Shown here in pieces: positions 13,484-25,665 of a DNA stretch of 64,000 nucleotides (position 1 is its first letter; each line of letters opens with the position of its first letter). A program made the translations under genes and the position numbers. The DNA comes from Octopus vulgaris (taxonomy: Eukaryota). The stretch spans positions 158,720,001-158,784,000 of the forward strand of contig OX597814.1 of NCBI GenBank assembly GCA_951406725.2, in the 5' to 3' direction. The notes beneath the pieces were generated by a model. It saw only the letters and a program-made list of their open reading frames with translations, was not told where the DNA came from and made no database searches.

Positions 13484-15421
13484 GGATGGTTTGACTGAAA
13501 ACTAGTAAGCTGACAGGGCTGCACCAGTTCTGATCTGATTTGGCAAGGCTTCTAAAGCTGGATGCCCTTCCTAATGCCACCCACTCTGAGAGTGCAGTCA
13601 GTGTTTTTTATGTGCCACCAGCACAGGTTCTTTGACCTGACGCTGGCATTGGCCATGACTACGGTCTCACTTGGCTTGACCAATCTACTCAAGAACAGTA
13701 TATCGCCAATGGTCTTGGTCACCTCTCACTGCCTCCATGAGGCCCAACACTCGAATAGTGCTTTTTATGTGCCACTGACACAGATGCCAGTCAAACAGCA
13801 CTGGCATCAGCCATGACTATGATTTCTCTTGATTCTATGATTTCAGAACACAATTAATTAGCAATATATAAAATAGAATTATGTAATATATATTTTTCAT
13901 CAAGTATTTTCACAAATCACTTGATATCTTAGCTATTTCAGTGACTTTAAAAATAAGTAAGTGATGTTTTTTCTAAAAGAACCATGAAGTCTTTAAAGGA
14001 GGAGAAATTACTCTGATTTTGCTACTAATGAAACTCTTTGACAGAAAGGAATACAGAAAGAAACAGGGAGAGAAAATAAAAAAGGTTTAGTGGTTAGCAA
14101 TCTATCATGGCAAATGCTGGACAGAGGGGTCACACAGGAGAGATAGGAAGAAGGGGAGATAATAAAGTATGGTGGTTGTGTGATGTGGTGGTATGTGGTG
14201 TGATGTGGCAAGATGTGGTGAGGTGGTGTATGGTGTGGTGTGGTGGTGTTGGGATGTGTGAGAGGCAAGGATGGGGTGTGGGTTGGGGTGAGGGTAGGGA
14301 TGGGGTATGTGGGAGTGGGGTGTAAGGGACGGGGTGGAGGTGGGATGGAATGTATAGGGATGGTGGGGTTGGAATGTGTAGGGGTGGGATAATGAGGGAG
14401 GTGTGACAATGAAGGGAGAGGGTGGAAAGGAGAAGGTGGGTAGAAGTGAAGAAAGGAAGGAGGTGTCAGAGCAGGAGAGGAGAAGTGGTTGGAAAGAAGT
14501 AGGTGTAAGAGGAAGAAAGGAGAGAGGAAGGGGTTAGATGAAGAGGGGAGGAGATTTGAGCCCATATAGCGCAAAGGAGCGATATTTATATATGGTGGGC
14601 TTACTTGAGTGAAACAGTGAATGATGTTTACATTTCTTTTTGACATTATAATTGATTGTTCTGTGCTTTTGAAGTATGTCAATGGAGAAATATTACCTTG
14701 CTTGGAAACAGTGTTAGTGAAAGGAAGCAAATCTGGTGATAGAACATCTATCTCAGTGAAATCTATCTAATGGTTTCAAATGTTGGTACACGACCAGCAA
14801 TTTTGGAGGAGGGGGTAAGTCAGTTACATTGACCAGTGTTCAACTGTTATTTTATTCACCCTGAAAGGATGAAAAGCAAAGTAAATCTTTGCGAAATTTG
14901 AACTCAGAACATAGATCTGGAAGAAATGCAATGAAGCATTTTACAAGGCCAAATTTCAGAAACAATGAGGGAAGAGATTGCACTGAATGTGATAAACCAG
15001 CAAAAGGGAGCAAACAAGTAAATATATTTATTAGAGCAATAATGACAACTGAATGTGTCATTCTGTCACATACATGCACACACAAATGAACACATACACA
15101 CATCCACACATATAAGCACTCTCTCTCTCTCTTTCCCTCTCTCTCATACAACATATACACTCACTCAGAATAAATAAATAAATAAAAAGTTGATATCTAC
15201 CCCAGCTCTCAAAGAAAAGAAGAGGGATGGGCTCCACCCAAATTAGATACCTAAGACATGCTGTGTGTCCTATTCAGAGCTATACTAAGGTAGATGCAAT
15301 GGATGATGTAGCACCAGGCCAATCAGATTCTATGGAAGCAATACAGATGGTCACTGAATTAGAAGAGTCTAATGATGGAGGTGATTTTGACAACTGTTTG
15401 CATCCCCTTTGAGATGGTTAA

Positions 15422-15586
15422 CTCTTTAGCACTTAACCAGCCATATAAAGCTCCTCACATCTACCCTACCATATCATTCTAAAAATAAATATCATCAAAA
15501 TTTCAAAGATATGAGATAATGCATGATTAATTCAAAGCAATGTGAATAAACATTACAATTGACAGAATAATCTGAATGTTAAAGGA
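15422..15586. mobile_element. piggyBac-type MITE, family 2 (deleted copy)
   Basis: TTAA flanks; reverse-complement similarity to 27233-27434. Confidence 0.7.
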
Positions 15587-16603
15587 TTAAAGGCCCATGA
15601 TTGAAAAAATTAGAAAGGTTTTTCTTTTGTGGGGTATTGAGACTTATTGTTACACATTGCCAAATAAAGGGATAGACCACTGTAGAGAGAGAAATAATGA
15701 AGAAACTGGTGATAAAATGACAATAGGAGCTGTTTGGTAGAGAGTTGTTTGATGGTGATAGAAGTGGGGCAATTTCTGTATGGGTTGGAATGATAAGAGG
15801 AGTTTTGCATTTAGCAAATATGTGTACATAGGGTTGTGACTAACATGTAAAAGCAGACTATGGTGTGGTGGGTGGATGTGACTTGTTCTACCTTTATTAT
15901 GTCATGCTAGGATTAATCTAATGAGCACTAAGATAGTGATGCCAGACTAATTCTAGATTTGGAAGTGAGAAAGAGATCATGAGTATTTAGGTGCCTGCCA
16001 GGGGATGGAATATATGTAGGAGTGGGTAATAACTAGTGCAGATTGTCAAGAGTGGAAGCAATTTGGCTTCTATGTCATCAGCATTGATGTTAGATGTGTG
16101 TGATAGCCAAAAGAAGATTTATGCATTGAAATCAGCTAAGAAGATAAATTTAGATAAAGGTCAATTGATGAGAGTGAAGACCTTGAAGAAGGACATGAGA
16201 AAGCTGAACAACTGCTGTTAGAGGTTAGATGAATCTTAGGAGTGATAGCCAATGCAGATGATCTTAGAGGAATGTAGAAAAGACACTTTGAACAAGAGTA
16301 ACTAGAAGTCATTGCTACTAAAATGCAGGTGAGAGAGAAGTGATTGCTAGAATAGACTTCATGTGTGGAATACCAAACAGTGTTGCATGATAGAGAGTAG
16401 ACTGGATAACAAATATGCTTAGAGATGGATCTGATATCACTTTCTTTGACCTTTAAATTTTAATTCACCTTAGCAGAATTTGAACTCAAAACCAAAAGGA
16501 ATGTAACTATAAACCTTGAAGAAGGAAAAGCAGAGGTCTTTGTTTTGTTTTATCGGAACTTTGTAATTATTTGTATTATTTTCCTTCTATTCTTTATTAG
16601 ATA

Positions 16604-17734
16604 CTAGCAGTAATGCCCATCGTTGATCCGGTAATTACTTTTACTGTTTCTTGGGAGCCACATTCAAAGTATTATTATATATATAACTAGCAGTATCGCC
16701 CGGCGTTGCTCGGGTTTGTAAGGGAAATAACTATATAAGCATTTTTAGAGAGTTACTTCCCTTATAGATGCCAATTCGGGCTTTCTTAGCCATTTCTGTT
16801 TTGGTGTCTTCAAGCCATGAAGTCGTTGTTCTAAAAGAACGCTGGTCTCCTTGACAACGCATTACGACGTTGATTTCCTTACACTCCCTTCCCCACAGCT
16901 TCACAAGGGAGGGAAGAAGGGGGAGAAGCAAACACAGGTGCAGGTGTTTGAGCGTGGACGCCAACTCCGCCGCTATCGACACACGAAAAATTATGCATTA
17001 AAATGGAATAAAAAATTATGTTAAATTATTTTTAAAATCGTAGACTCATCGTAGATGCACGCTAATAGCCAGACAGGCTCGATATTAATCACGACTATAA
17101 GATACCCGAATTTGGTTAAACTGCACCGCAAAATGTGGGAGGAGTTAGGAATCTAAATCGAAGGGGACAGACACTCACACAACTACAGTTTTATATATAT
17201 AGATTTACTCCTCCTGTATGTGTGTTTTTATAATAATTGAAGTAGAAAAAAGATCAATTTCATACATGAGCTTCTGTTTGTTTATCATATGACAATAATA
17301 AGTGAGTTGTATGAGTTATTTCATTTATTAATACAGCAATGGCTATTATATAACACATACATACGTACAACTGCTCACAATAACAGAGATTACTGTATAA
17401 TTTCTTCTATGCCCGTAATTTTTGGTTTACAATATTGAAAAAATATATTCCACCAAAGAAAAGATGTACTCTCTCCAGAAATCAGTATAACTGGTATGCG
17501 AAGAATGAAAACAGTGTCACCTTTACCATAACCAGTGAGAATATTTGCCTCAATGCAGTTGTTCATAGCTTTGTGCACAATTAGTGTTGTACTGTTGCAT
17601 GATTTTTGTTGAGACAAATTAGGCAATAGCATAATAGGAGATATAGGAAAAACATAATAGCTTCCTTTGAACCATTTACCTTCATTTTGGTGGACAAACA
17701 AATGAACAAACACACACACAGACAGAATCTCTCT

Positions 17735-17805
<71 letters not shown>

Positions 17806-17810
17806 AGATA
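16604..17810 (-). mobile_element. Older Helitron with a PIF1-helicase remnant, interrupted by the younger Helitron
   Basis: 3' end ccggatcaacgatgggcattactgCTAG at 16604-16631. The 17390-17719 ORF contains PIMLLPNL..CNSTTLIV...IEANILTGYGKGDTVFILRIP, a Helitron RepHel helicase motif. The 5' boundary is approximate. Confidence 0.8.
16687..17203 (-). mobile_element. Non-autonomous Helitron (young)
   Basis: Minus strand starts TCTATATATATAAAAC and ends CCCGAGCAACGCCGGG-CGATACTG-CTAG (subterminal hairpin plus CTAG). Inserted between A and T with no TSD. Confidence 0.9.
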
Positions 17811-19908
17811 AGATATAAGATAAGATAAGAAGAAAAAGCATAATAGAAGTTCTCTCATTGCACAAGGTCCATGCCTCTCTGTATCTGTAGTAAATATTAT
17901 ATTTCTATATAATTTTTTTTTCTGCTGAATCTTGCTAGCTCACTTAGCATCCAGTTCAGAATATTTCAACAATAACTTATTACTGAGACAGTGAAAGAAC
18001 TGATGTCTATTACCTTATTTTACAATATATTTAGCACTGTTTTAAGTATTAACCAAATGTGTCTATAATATTCCTCTGTAATCCTTTTTTCCCAATTTCA
18101 TTGATTCTTAAGTATTTGTAATATCTGGGGTTTTTTAATCAAGCATGAAATTAACGTTCTCAATCTTCCTTTCCTCAAGGTTTTTTTGGCACAGTTTTGT
18201 GAGCCAATGTTTGCATCATTTTCTTCAATAATTTTATGTGCTGTCTAAAGCAGTGTTCTTAATTATGCATCATTTACAACATACAACTTGAGGTTATCCA
18301 TATAACTAGCATTTGGTTAACGTGTTAACACCAGGTAGAAGAAAACTAGGGAGAAGGAAACTCTTTTGGAATATCATCTTTTGATGAAGATGGGTTTAGT
18401 TTTTATAAATTCTTCTTTTATCTGTAAATGTAGGCCTACTATTTACTTATATATTTAATGTATTTGCTTCTTATTAATTTTACTCTATTCATGGCTAATG
18501 TTTCCAGTGTCTAAACTTTTGAAACTACCACTCTTTGATTCCCAGGCCACATCCCAATCCATCTTCACAGATACACTTCCAACTTTACTTTCAGTTTACT
18601 GCATATTTAAAATCTACCCTAACACTATTTTCTAAATAAAACTTATCCTAATAAAGCAGTTTATTTATGAAAGAGCATATATTCATCTGACCTGTAACTA
18701 CATCGTTTTCACGTATAAGACGGATATACTTGGTACAAGGGCTTTAGCTTCTCATGGAAAGGCAAAGAGAAAATAATTGAGTTTCCTATTTTCAGTAAAT
18801 TTTCAGCAAATTTTCAGTTTGTTCCTCTGGAAAGAAACCGGGCAGCTGCAATAAAGCCTTGCTCTACTAAATATAATGTTAGGAAGAAAAAAGTATGTCC
18901 TGACTTTGTCCCACAGTGCAGGGTAGAGGTCATCATTATATAATTTTTGTAAACTTTAGGCTCAGCTCACTGTCATTTGGAATGAATTTAATTCTTCCTT
19001 TACTATTTAACCTTCTTCATTGCTAGATACTATTAGAAATATCTAAGATCGGCCTGAACATCTAGCTTGGTATTTTAAGCAAAAAAATAAAAAAGAGCCT
19101 GAAATCTGTCAGACAGATCTCAGCGCAGCCTATCCAGGTGTACATAATACACTTGAAGGTTCTTGTTTGGCATGCTCTTCTTCTACAATTCAAAGTGACT
19201 CAAAAAGTGGGACAAGTTCACAAAATACTATATTAAATTTGAATATTTGTAATATTTTTGTGTTTGGAGGACTTTGAGAGGGTTTGGATACTTTTGTTGT
19301 TACAAAGTAACTTTGTTGAGCCTTGTGGATTCATCTGACAAGTAATACTATAGCTTTGTGTTTCTTAGTTAAATAGAAACAGCTCAGTCAGTTTCTCTTT
19401 GACAGCTAACACCTGGGTGCAACAACAAATATTCAAAAGTCTTCATTTCAGTGCAGTAACATAGAAACAGTTTGAAAATGAAAATATCTACAGTCTGTAA
19501 GTCGGGAATTCAGGAATTCTGTTGGAACAGTTAGAAATTCCATAGTGTCTGTAGATGCTAATGATATAATTACATGTGTTTTCATAATTTAAATTTAATA
19601 TGGATAGGTTCTTGCTTTATTTTACAGATTTCAAATCATAAATTTGAAACCTTTCAAATTGTAAATTTTGGCACGAAAAATATAGTTCAGTCTTAGCAGC
19701 TAAAATGAACTAAAAATAAATTAATGGAGTAGGCAAACTTTCATATCTAAATTACAGCTTTACAAGGAATAAAAATAAGCAATTTTTATAGAAGTTAGTA
19801 AATAGAGAAACAATAATCAGATTCCAGTTACATTCTTAATTCCATTTAGGCAATGTGTGATGATATCACTATAAATTCAATCCTGATATAATATTTTGAT
19901 AATTAATA

Positions 19909-20300
19909 GGCACAAGTGTGGCTCTGTGGTAAGAAGTTTGTTTTGCAAAAACATGGTTCCAGGTTCAGTCCCATTGTGTGGAACCTTGGGCAAGTATCTT
20001 CTTCAGGCTGACTAAAGCCTTGTGAGTGGATTTGGTAGATTGAAACTGAAAAGAAGCTTATGTATATGTGCCTATGTGTGTGTGTCTTTGTGGCTGTGTT
20101 TGTCCCTCACCACTGCTTGACAACTGGAGTTGATGTGTTTATGTTCCCATAACTTAGCAGTTCAGCAAAAGAGACAGAGAATAAGTACCAGGCTTTAACA
20201 AAAGAAAAGTCCTGGGGTCAATTTGTTTGACTAAAAATCCTTCAAGGTGGTGCCCCAGCATGGTCACAGTCAAATGACTCAAACAAGTAAAAGATAAAAA
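19909..20300 (+). mobile_element. SINE family B
   Basis: Colinear with 47634-48039. Confidence 0.85.
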
Positions 20301-21332
20301 ATAAACTGAATTATTATGAATGGATGAGCTTATGCCATTATATAGTTATTCTGTTAGTTAATAAAACAATGATATGTTATTATTGTGGACAAAATATTCT
20401 ATCAACGCATATTACAATGTTTAGTTTAATATAACCATTGTGAAAAACAGAGTATATCGATAGATTTTAGTCAACACTGTGTATAATACATTAATGTAAA
20501 TATCTTGTCTTTATTTGCAATATCTTCATCAACAGGAAAAGAAGAATCAGCTGGACAAAATTTCATTTGTGCATTAAGATTTCAGCAGCAACTCAAGTGT
20601 CTATTTTACTGTCCACAGAAATGTTCTATTACAAAGGGTTTAAGAAAACTGGATAAACCAATTTACTTATAATGCTTTTTTGACAGCTAGTTTGAGTTAC
20701 AAATTGATGGTATGTTTACTGTGTTTTGTTTTAATGCAACAACAAATAGTGATTCTTTGAACAGTGAAACAGGTGAAGTCTAGAATATGTGATCAAGACA
20801 AGTTAGCTGATTTATGGACATTTTTTGCTCCCAGAGAATTTTAATATAGAGGTGTTAACACCTTTGTCTGTTACAATGTGTTTACTTCTGTCTATTACAT
20901 TCAGTGTAGGCTAAAAATCATCGTCATCATTGTCATCATCATCATTTAACGTCTTTTCCATGCTAACAGAATTGAAATAAAAACATTGATAATGCACCAG
21001 TAATTCATAGATCTGTTAAAAGCACTTTGCAATAATCAAATCAGTCTACCAAATCTACTTTTGCCCTCAGTAATACCCTACTATAATTATAAAACTAAAA
21101 GTTCATTGCTGTAAACTTACAAAAATGAATATTGATAAGAAAATATAGAAACATCTGCTTTATGAATGCTTGGTAGCTTTATTGACAGGTGTCTTTACAA
21201 TACCATAAAGACCCATGTAATTTGCACACCAGTGAAATTTACGCAGATGATTTCCAGGATAAAAATTGTTGAAAAAGCTTCTACTTATGCAAAATTCACA
21301 CCCAGAAGTTTTCAGAATTGCCAATATGGCTA

Positions 21333-21405
21333 GGGGAAAAAGGCTTTCAATTTAGTTGTAAGTGAAATTATGTTAAATACAATTAAATCGAAAGCCTTTT
21401 TCACC
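21333..21405. repeat. Hairpin, 28-bp stem and 17-nt loop
   Basis: Arms 21333-21360 and 21378-21405 differ at 3 positions. Confidence 0.9.
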
Positions 21406-22317
21406 TTTGTCTGTTAGATTTTATTAAATTTTCACTAAATAAAAATAATTTCTGTTTAACAGGTATCATATTACATGCTATTAAATTACAAAGTGTTTGT
21501 GTTGTTTATAATAAACTTTATTTTATATTACTTGCCCACAAGAGATTATGTCTGATCTTTAGCATATTGCTGTATGTTTTCTCAAATCACGATCACAGGA
21601 AAAGTTGTTGACAAGAATTATCAACAAAAACAGAGCTGATAAATATGCACAGGTGTTGCAAATTAAGTTTAGTCACCAATAAATACCAGAGTCAACCAAG
21701 TAAAATATGGAAAATATGACCCAGACTGTGGTTACCAGCATGTACGTCAGACTTCAAAAAGTAGTTAACCATTTAATGGTTTTAGTAAATTTATACAGAA
21801 AAAGTAAGAATTATACCACCCAGCATAAATAAAAGCCAACTTCATTATATTTAAGCCCTCATTTTTTCTGTAAAAACCTGTTCTGACATTAAATGAGTTA
21901 ACTTCTGGTACGAATGTTTAATTTTCATACATCTTTTCCCAACAAAAAAATTTCTAAAATAAATTCTATAAAGATCTATTCATGTAATATACACACCCTT
22001 AAAGTTTATTTTTATTTTATGTGGAAGAAATGTGTAAATTACATGGGTTTTTATGGTATACAGCAGTCATTAGATGCTATCACTTTCAGTGCTAAATGTA
22101 TGATATGAAAATTGAACTAGAAGGAACAACAGTAGTCTAAGTAAAGAGTAAAATAAGTTAAAGGAAATAACTCAAATAAGCCAATGCTATGAACTTAGAT
22201 AATGAAGTTGAGAGATGATGTACTGAATGCCATACAAGCACGAAACCAATTATATTGGTAATGAGAAGAAAATTATTAGTGTTAATGATGAGGATGATGA
22301 TGATGATGATTTTTGTT

Positions 22318-22522
22318 AAGAAAAGCATTTCATTTCACGCTCAGGGTTGCTGAAGCGTGGAATAAACTGCCTGCATCAGTTGTTGACTGCCATGACACTG
22401 CATCCTTTAAGGCCCTCATGCTTCCCGAAATCCGTCGAAACTACACCTGATTATATATACACTTTAGATGAGTTGTAGTGCACCTGAGCACTGTACACAA
22501 TTATTATTATTATTATTATTAT
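22318..22522 (+). mobile_element. CR1/L2-group LINE 3' end with a (TTA)n tail
   Basis: ..FTLRVAEAWNKLPASVVDCHDTASFKALMLPEIRRNYT*, then gtgcacctgagcactgtacacaa(tta)n. Related copies at 46960-47318 (+) and 33665-33925 (-). Confidence 0.8.
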
Positions 22523-22640
22523 TTCGGTTGACTACCTAAAGTGTATTATTTATAATTAAACGTTTTAGTCTTTTACCAGTTCCAACTCAAGGGCTGCAGC
22601 TATACCAGGGCATCACCTACATTTTACATTGATATATTGT

Positions 22641-23009
22641 AATATAGGTATGTACAATTATATTTAACACATTCCTGTGCATTCAAATGAGGAAAAGCCT
22701 TCACTGTGAAAATTGTGTTTTGAAAGAGAAATTCTCTTTATAAAAAAGTTGTATGATAAACACATAACTGGGCTGTGAATGATGCCACCAGTCTGTAGAA
22801 TACGTGTTTCTACATCGTTATGCTTTAATCAGCTACACACAATGAATCCATGTCCAATGGTCTGATGACAATATTCATAACTTAGTGGTATGCTTCTTCA
22901 CACACATTGTCTATAAGGAGAATTTTTCTTCCAAGACAACTTCTGCAGCAAAGATCTTTTCACATTTGAGTATATGAATGTGCTAAATATAATTCTACAT
23001 ACCTATATT
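22641..23009. repeat. ~150-bp diverged inverted repeat with a ~65-nt spacer
   Basis: 22641-22793 aligns to the reverse complement of 22860-23009. Confidence 0.85.
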
Positions 23010-23361
23010 TCAGTCACCATTGCTTAATGTGCCACTACTTAATTAATTCTAGTTTGAGAAAGCATTGTATGCATCAGTAAATTTATTATTACTCCTTTAA
23101 ATATAACAACAGTCCTTAGTAGGCTGTGGATGATGGATTTGGTGTATATAGCTTACAAAGTGTAGCTATATAGAAATATGTGTCTTATAGTCTAATGATT
23201 TCATTCATAGCCTAGTTACATGTTTTTCTCATACATTGTCTTTAAAGTGAATTTTCCTCCCAAAATAATTTCCACACCAAAAGCTTTTCCCATGTTTAAA
23301 TTAACATGAATGTGTTAAATATAATTTTAGATATATATTTTAACCAACATCCTTTAATGTG

Positions 23362-23457
<96 letters not shown>

Positions 23458-23756
23458 ATGGTTGTTGTTCACACTCTCTCACTGCTCAACCCTAAAAGAA
23501 CAGATCTATGGTCGAAGTATTCCCTCTATAACCATTCCATCATTATGCCAGGCATAGCTAGGACTACATTATTTAATGTCTCCTTTTCGTAAGACAATAA
23601 GTTGTGACTTGAAAAAGATTTAGTTGCTATATTTCATTAAAGCTCCTTGTTAGCTCAAGCTAGTTATATTATATCTATCAGAAAAACAAACATCTTAGTA
23701 ATGCTTCTATAATGTATCTGTAAACAATTTTTACCCCAGTAAACTAAAAGATTTTT

Positions 23757-24131
23757 TTGTATGCAATATTAATAATTTATTTTAGCTTGAAAGAATTGTT
23801 AGTGATTGATAACTACACCTGTTATATTTCACAAATCAGGTTGCATACATTAGTCAACTACTAGTTTTCAATATCAGCTCCTAATAATTCTGATACTACT
23901 CATTACCCGACGAAGAAGTTTGCACATGTGGTTTGGCAAAACTCTCTGGCTGCTATGCAGTCTGACTATATTTGGCATGATGCCAGACAACCTGTAAATT
24001 AATATCTCTTATTTTAATATAGCAACATCTTTGCTAACTAACATTCAAGACTTTGTGAATTATATCAGGTGTAGCTATCAATCATTAATATAACTTTCAA
24101 GCTAAGATAATTGTTGATATCGCATATACAA
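23757..24131. repeat. ~80-bp inverted repeat with a ~215-nt spacer
   Basis: 23757-23835 against the reverse complement of 24052-24131; third copy at 26284-26364. Confidence 0.85.
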
Positions 24132-24308
24132 TTTATGAAGTTAGCCAGCATGGAAAAACAGACGTAGAAAGATGATGATGCTGATGCTGATGATGATAAT
24201 GATGATGACGATGAGGATGATGATAATAGCAACAATGATGATAACAACAAGGACAACTATTTAGCTTGAAAGTTAATACAAATATAATTTACAAATTGCT
24301 TTTTTGCC

Positions 24309-24311
<3 letters not shown>

Positions 24312-24378
<67 letters not shown>

Positions 24379-24438
24379 ATATGTAAGTATGTATGTATGT
24401 ATGTATGTATGTATGTATGTATGTATGTATGTATGTAT

Positions 24439-24472
<34 letters not shown>

Positions 24473-24477
24473 CTATA

Positions 24478-24522
<45 letters not shown>

Positions 24523-24657
24523 GTATGCATGTATGTATCTGCATACATATATATATATATGTCATGTATGTATCTGCATACATATATATATATATGTATG
24601 TATATATATATATACATACACATATATATATGTATGTAAATTACCTTTTATATATAT
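24312..24657. repeat. Compound (TA)n/(TATG)n microsatellite
   Basis: Seen directly. Similar tracts at 10431-10492, 17738-17800, 37641-37770, 45290-45353, 51415-51560 and 53308-53490. Confidence 0.95.
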
Positions 24658-25585
24658 TGATTTGTTCTTCAAAGGTAGAAGAGTTTATATTGAAAGTGGA
24701 TAGAGTTGAAATGATTGTTATATTGTCTGCTGAGTACTTAATGTCTCTTTTGTAAATCCATCATGGTTTTACTAGTTCGTTTATGTAGTGTAGCTTTTTT
24801 GGGAAATAGGATTAAATTGTTTCCTCTACAAGTTGATTAAAAGCTAGAGCTCATATAAGAAAATATCATTATGAGAAGAGCTGTTCTTATATTCAGATGA
24901 AATAAACACCCAAACAAAGAAGTAAAAATAAAGAAATAAGCAAAATCTGGAATAAAATCTATTATGAAAGCATTGTTTCAAGAAATTAGATTTAAAACAT
25001 CACATGTGAAAACAAAGGGCATTGAAGACAATAGGTCTTGAAGATGTATTGTGTTTTTTATCATTTACCATTAACCCATAAAATTGATTCTATTGACTTC
25101 ATCATTCCTCCAATGAAATAATTAGTAACATTAACAGTAATATGGTAAATATAGCATTTGTAATAGATAATATGTAACAAAATGTTACATTAAGCTTTGT
25201 GAGATCTCCCATAGTTGTTTCTTAGGCAGGCAAGAAAACTTAACCTAACTACTTGACCAGTTCCAGAAAGCTCTGAATGAAAGCATACTAACCTCTACAT
25301 AATTAAAGGAAAAAGTGGAACAAATTGTAATATTACAGAAGTAAGTAATTGATAGAAATGTAAGTGCATTGAATAAATGGTCAGTAATATTTTGTTTGAA
25401 CCTCTCATGTGCTGAAGTAAATTTTGCATGAATCAATAAAATAAGGTTCTAACCCAGTGTTGTCATTGTATTATTCCCATAAAAGATCCCAGATGGGAAT
25501 TGAATTATAGTAATATGTTTTATAATATGCAACATCACGACCAAATTATGAAAGGGACACCATTAGTTTTCCCAGAAATGGAAGA

Positions 25586-25665
25586 AGATTTGAAGTAGTT
25601 TCTACTTGTCTAAAATGTATGAAGAAGATTGTACATTTTGGACAAGTAAAAACTACTTCAAATTT
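25586..25665. repeat. Near-perfect hairpin, 32-34 bp stem and 12-nt loop
   Basis: Arms 25588-25619 and 25632-25663 differ at 2 positions. Confidence 0.9.

Noticed and set aside
14008-14730. 240-aa Pro/His/Thr-rich ORF
   Set aside because: Arises from low-complexity (GGTGT)/purine-rich sequence, with no splice or domain support.
15610-16400. Possible very old LINE endonuclease remnant on the minus strand
   Set aside because: Composition is suggestive, but no motif could be read with confidence.
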